Positions 61,759 through 64,000 of a stretch of DNA of 64,000 bases are shown one piece after another. Origin of the DNA: an uncultured Actinomycetes bacterium (GTDB lineage: Bacteria; Actinomycetota; Actinomycetes; Mycobacteriales; Mycobacteriaceae); NCBI GenBank assembly GCA_903884065.1, contig CAISDL010000081.1, forward strand, positions 13,624-77,623, read 5' to 3'. The position numbers were made by a program, and so were the translations under genes. Position 1 is the first letter of the stretch. Every line of letters starts with the position of its first letter. Under the pieces are notes generated by a model. That model saw nothing but the letters and a program-made list of their open reading frames with translations, did not search any database and was not told the origin of the DNA.

Positions 61759-64000
61759 TCAGCGCTTCGCGGAGATGTGGTTCAAGACCACCTGCAGAAC
61801 CTGGACCGCTCCGGCCTTGTCGAGCGGCTGATTTCCGTTGCCGCACTTGGGTGATTGCACGCACGATGGGCAGCCGTGCGGGCATTCGCAGGCCAGGATC
61901 GCGTCCAGGGTGGCATGCAGCCAGGTCGCGGCCAAGCGATAACCGCGTTCGGCGAAGCCGGCGCCGCCCGGGTGGCCGTCATAGACGAACACCGTCGGCA
62001 GCCCGGCTTCGCCGATCGCCGTTGACAGTCCGCCGATGTCGCCGCGATCGCAACTCGCGACCAGTGGCAGCAGGCCGATGGCCGCGTGCTCGGCGGCATG
62101 CAGGGATCCGGGCACCCGCAATAGCTCGATTCCGTTGTCCGCCAATTCTTCCGGGGTGATCGTGTACATCACCGCGGTTGTCGGCAGGACCCGTTCGGGC
62201 ATGTCGAGCTCAACGAAGTCGAGTACCTCTCCGGAAGCGGCGCGGCGCAGGTAACCGATCACCCGGCGGGTGACCGAGACCGGAACCAGGCCGAGTGTCA
62301 CCGCGTCGTACACGACTCGTTCCCCGGCGCCGGTGACGGTGATGTCGGTGAGTTCCCGGGCGAATGTCGCATAGCCCGGGTCTTCGGCGTGCACGAACGC
62401 CACCCGGTCGTCGAGATCCAGCGAGTCGACGAGGTAGGCATCACCCTGATGCAGATACACCGCGCCGGGATGGATCGTCGACGGCGCCTGCCCGGCGTCG
62501 GTGTTACCCAGCAGTCGGCCGGTCCCGGACTCGACGATCGCAATCTGCCCGCCGGAGGTACCGCGGATGTCGACATCGTGGTGAGGGTCCAGGCCCGCGG
62601 CGGGGAAGTACCGGCCGGCGCGGTGGCGAAGCAGGCCGTCCTCGAGCAGGCCGCTGACCACCGAATCGGCCCGCCAGGCGCTGACCTCACCGGTGGTGAG
62701 CGGCAATTCCGATGCTGCGCAGAGCAATTGAGGGCCCATGACATACGGATTAGCCGGATCGGTCACCACCCGCTCCACCGGCTTGCCCAACAGAGCGTCC
62801 GGGTGGTGCACCAGGTAGGTGTCCAGTGGGTCGTCGCGCGCGACCAGCAGCACCAGTGCACCCTGCCCCCGCCGTCCACAGCGTCCGGCCTGCTGCCAGA
62901 ACGACGCGACGGTGCCAGGGAACCCGGCCAGGACGACGGCATCCAGCCCGGAGATGTCGATGCCCAGTTCCAGGGCATTGGTGGCGGCCAGCCCGCGCAA
63001 CTCGCCGTCGGCGAGCGCCCGCTCCAGGGCCCGCCGGTCCTCGGCCAGGTATCCGGCGCGATACGAGGCGACCGTGTCGCGCACGTGCGGGGCGATGTCA
63101 GCCAGTCGAGACCGGGCTGCGAGGGCGGTCAGTTCGGCGCTGCGGCGCGACCTGACGAAGGTCAGCGTCCGGGCGCCCTCTGCCACCAGGTCGGCCATCA
63201 TCCTGGCGGCCTCACCGGCGGCCGAACGGCGCACCGGCGCCCCGTTCTCCCCGTGAACGTCGAAGCGTAGTTCGGGCTCCCACAGGGCGATGGTGCGTGC
63301 CCCCTGAGGGGAACCGTCGTCGGTCACCTCGGCCACCGGCCGGCCGATCAGTTCGGTGGCGGTCTGGCCCGGCGCGGCGGTGGTCGCGCTGGCGAAGATG
63401 ACCGTCGGGCCGGTGTCTCCGGCGCTACTGTAGCGCTCACAAAGCCGTAGTAACCGGCGCAGCACCATCGCGACATTCGAGCCGAAAATGCCTCGGTAGT
63501 AATGGCATTCGTCAACCACCACGTATCGCAGTCCGCGCAGGAACACCGCCCAGCGGGCATGGTTGCGCAGCAGTGACAGGTGCACCATGTCGGGGTTGGA
63601 GAACAGCCACCGGGAGCGTTCCCGGGCGAACCGGCGAACCTCCGGCGCGGCGTCACCGTCGTACGCCGTCGGTGCGGCGTCATGCAGGCTCGGGGTCGCG
63701 GCGGTCAGGCGATGAGCGGTCCGCAACTGGTCGTGGCCGAGCGCCTTGGTCGGTGACAGGTACAGGGCTCGGGCCCGGGGGTCGCGGGCCAGGGCGTCGG
63801 TGATCGGAAGCTGGAAGGCCAGCGACTTGCCCGACGCGGTACCCGTGCTGATGACGACGTCGTGACCGGCGTGCGCAAGGTCGGCGGCCTGCACCTGGTG
63901 CGACCATCCGACGGTGATGCCCTGCTCGCGCAGCGTTGCCAGGATCTCCGGATGCACCCAGGACGGCCACGGCGCCGCCTGAGCCCCGCGGGCCGGCATA
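61759..64000 (-). CDS. DEAD/DEAH box helicase with DUF1998 (Rv3649-like), 5' end outside window
   Basis: TGTASGKS, DECH, SAT, ATNALELGIDI, QQAGR, HAAEHA, CECPHGCPSC. Confidence 0.95.
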   Translation of the reverse strand, partial: MPARGAQAAPWPSWVHPEILATLREQGITVGWSHQVQAADLAHAGHDVVISTGTASGKSLAFQLPITDALARDPRARALYLSPTKALGHDQLRTAHRLTAATPSLHDAAPTAYDGDAAPEVRRFARERSRWLFSNPDMVHLSLLRNHARWAVFLRGLRYVVVDECHYYRGIFGSNVAMVLRRLLRLCERYSSAGDTGPTVIFASATTAAPGQTATELIGRPVAEVTDDGSPQGARTIALWEPELRFDVHGENGAPVRRSAAGEAARMMADLVAEGARTLTFVRSRRSAELTALAARSRLADIAPHVRDTVASYRAGYLAEDRRALERALADGELRGLAATNALELGIDISGLDAVVLAGFPGTVASFWQQAGRCGRRGQGALVLLVARDDPLDTYLVHHPDALLGKPVERVVTDPANPYVMGPQLLCAASELPLTTGEVSAWRADSVVSGLLEDGLLRHRAGRYFPAAGLDPHHDVDIRGTSGGQIAIVESGTGRLLGNTDAGQAPSTIHPGAVYLHQGDAYLVDSLDLDDRVAFVHAEDPGYATFARELTDITVTGAGERVVYDAVTLGLVPVSVTRRVIGYLRRAASGEVLDFVELDMPERVLPTTAVMYTITPEELADNGIELLRVPGSLHAAEHAAIGLLPLVASCDRGDIGGLSTAIGEAGLPTVFVYDGHPGGAGFAERGYRLAATWLHATLDAILACECPHGCPSCVQSPKCGNGNQPLDKAGAVQVLQVVLNHISAKR

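Overview
High-GC Mycobacteriaceae (Mycolicibacterium-like) chromosomal window. It is collinear but inverted relative to M. tuberculosis H37Rv Rv3717 to Rv3649; orthology is from recalled sequences, not a database search. Core genes: amidase, ybaB, recR, gatD/murT, dnaQ, leuA with LEU leader, ask-asd, glpK, yqeY, tRNA-Pro(CGG), cds1, ponA2, whiB4, two ArsA-like ATPases, ridA, crp, nth, marP, acs, Ms1 RNA, 6C RNA, ssd-Tad/Flp and a DEAD/DEAH helicase. Accessory genes: hydrolase-OsmC fusion, Ohr, an orphan ABC binding lipoprotein, a carotenoid cleavage oxygenase followed by a full Mce operon, a KsdD-like dehydrogenase with a TspO-like gene, and a secreted Ig-like/metzincin protein. The egt cluster, moxR2 cluster, dpp operon and Rv3661-type HAD gene expected here by synteny are absent. 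Best leads: shingled overlapping pseudopilin ORFs in the Tad locus, the oxygenase-Mce pairing, a Tyr/Glu repeat tail in the Rv3669 homolog, and a nuclease remnant between 15-bp inverted repeats. No CRISPR array, integrase or transposase was seen.
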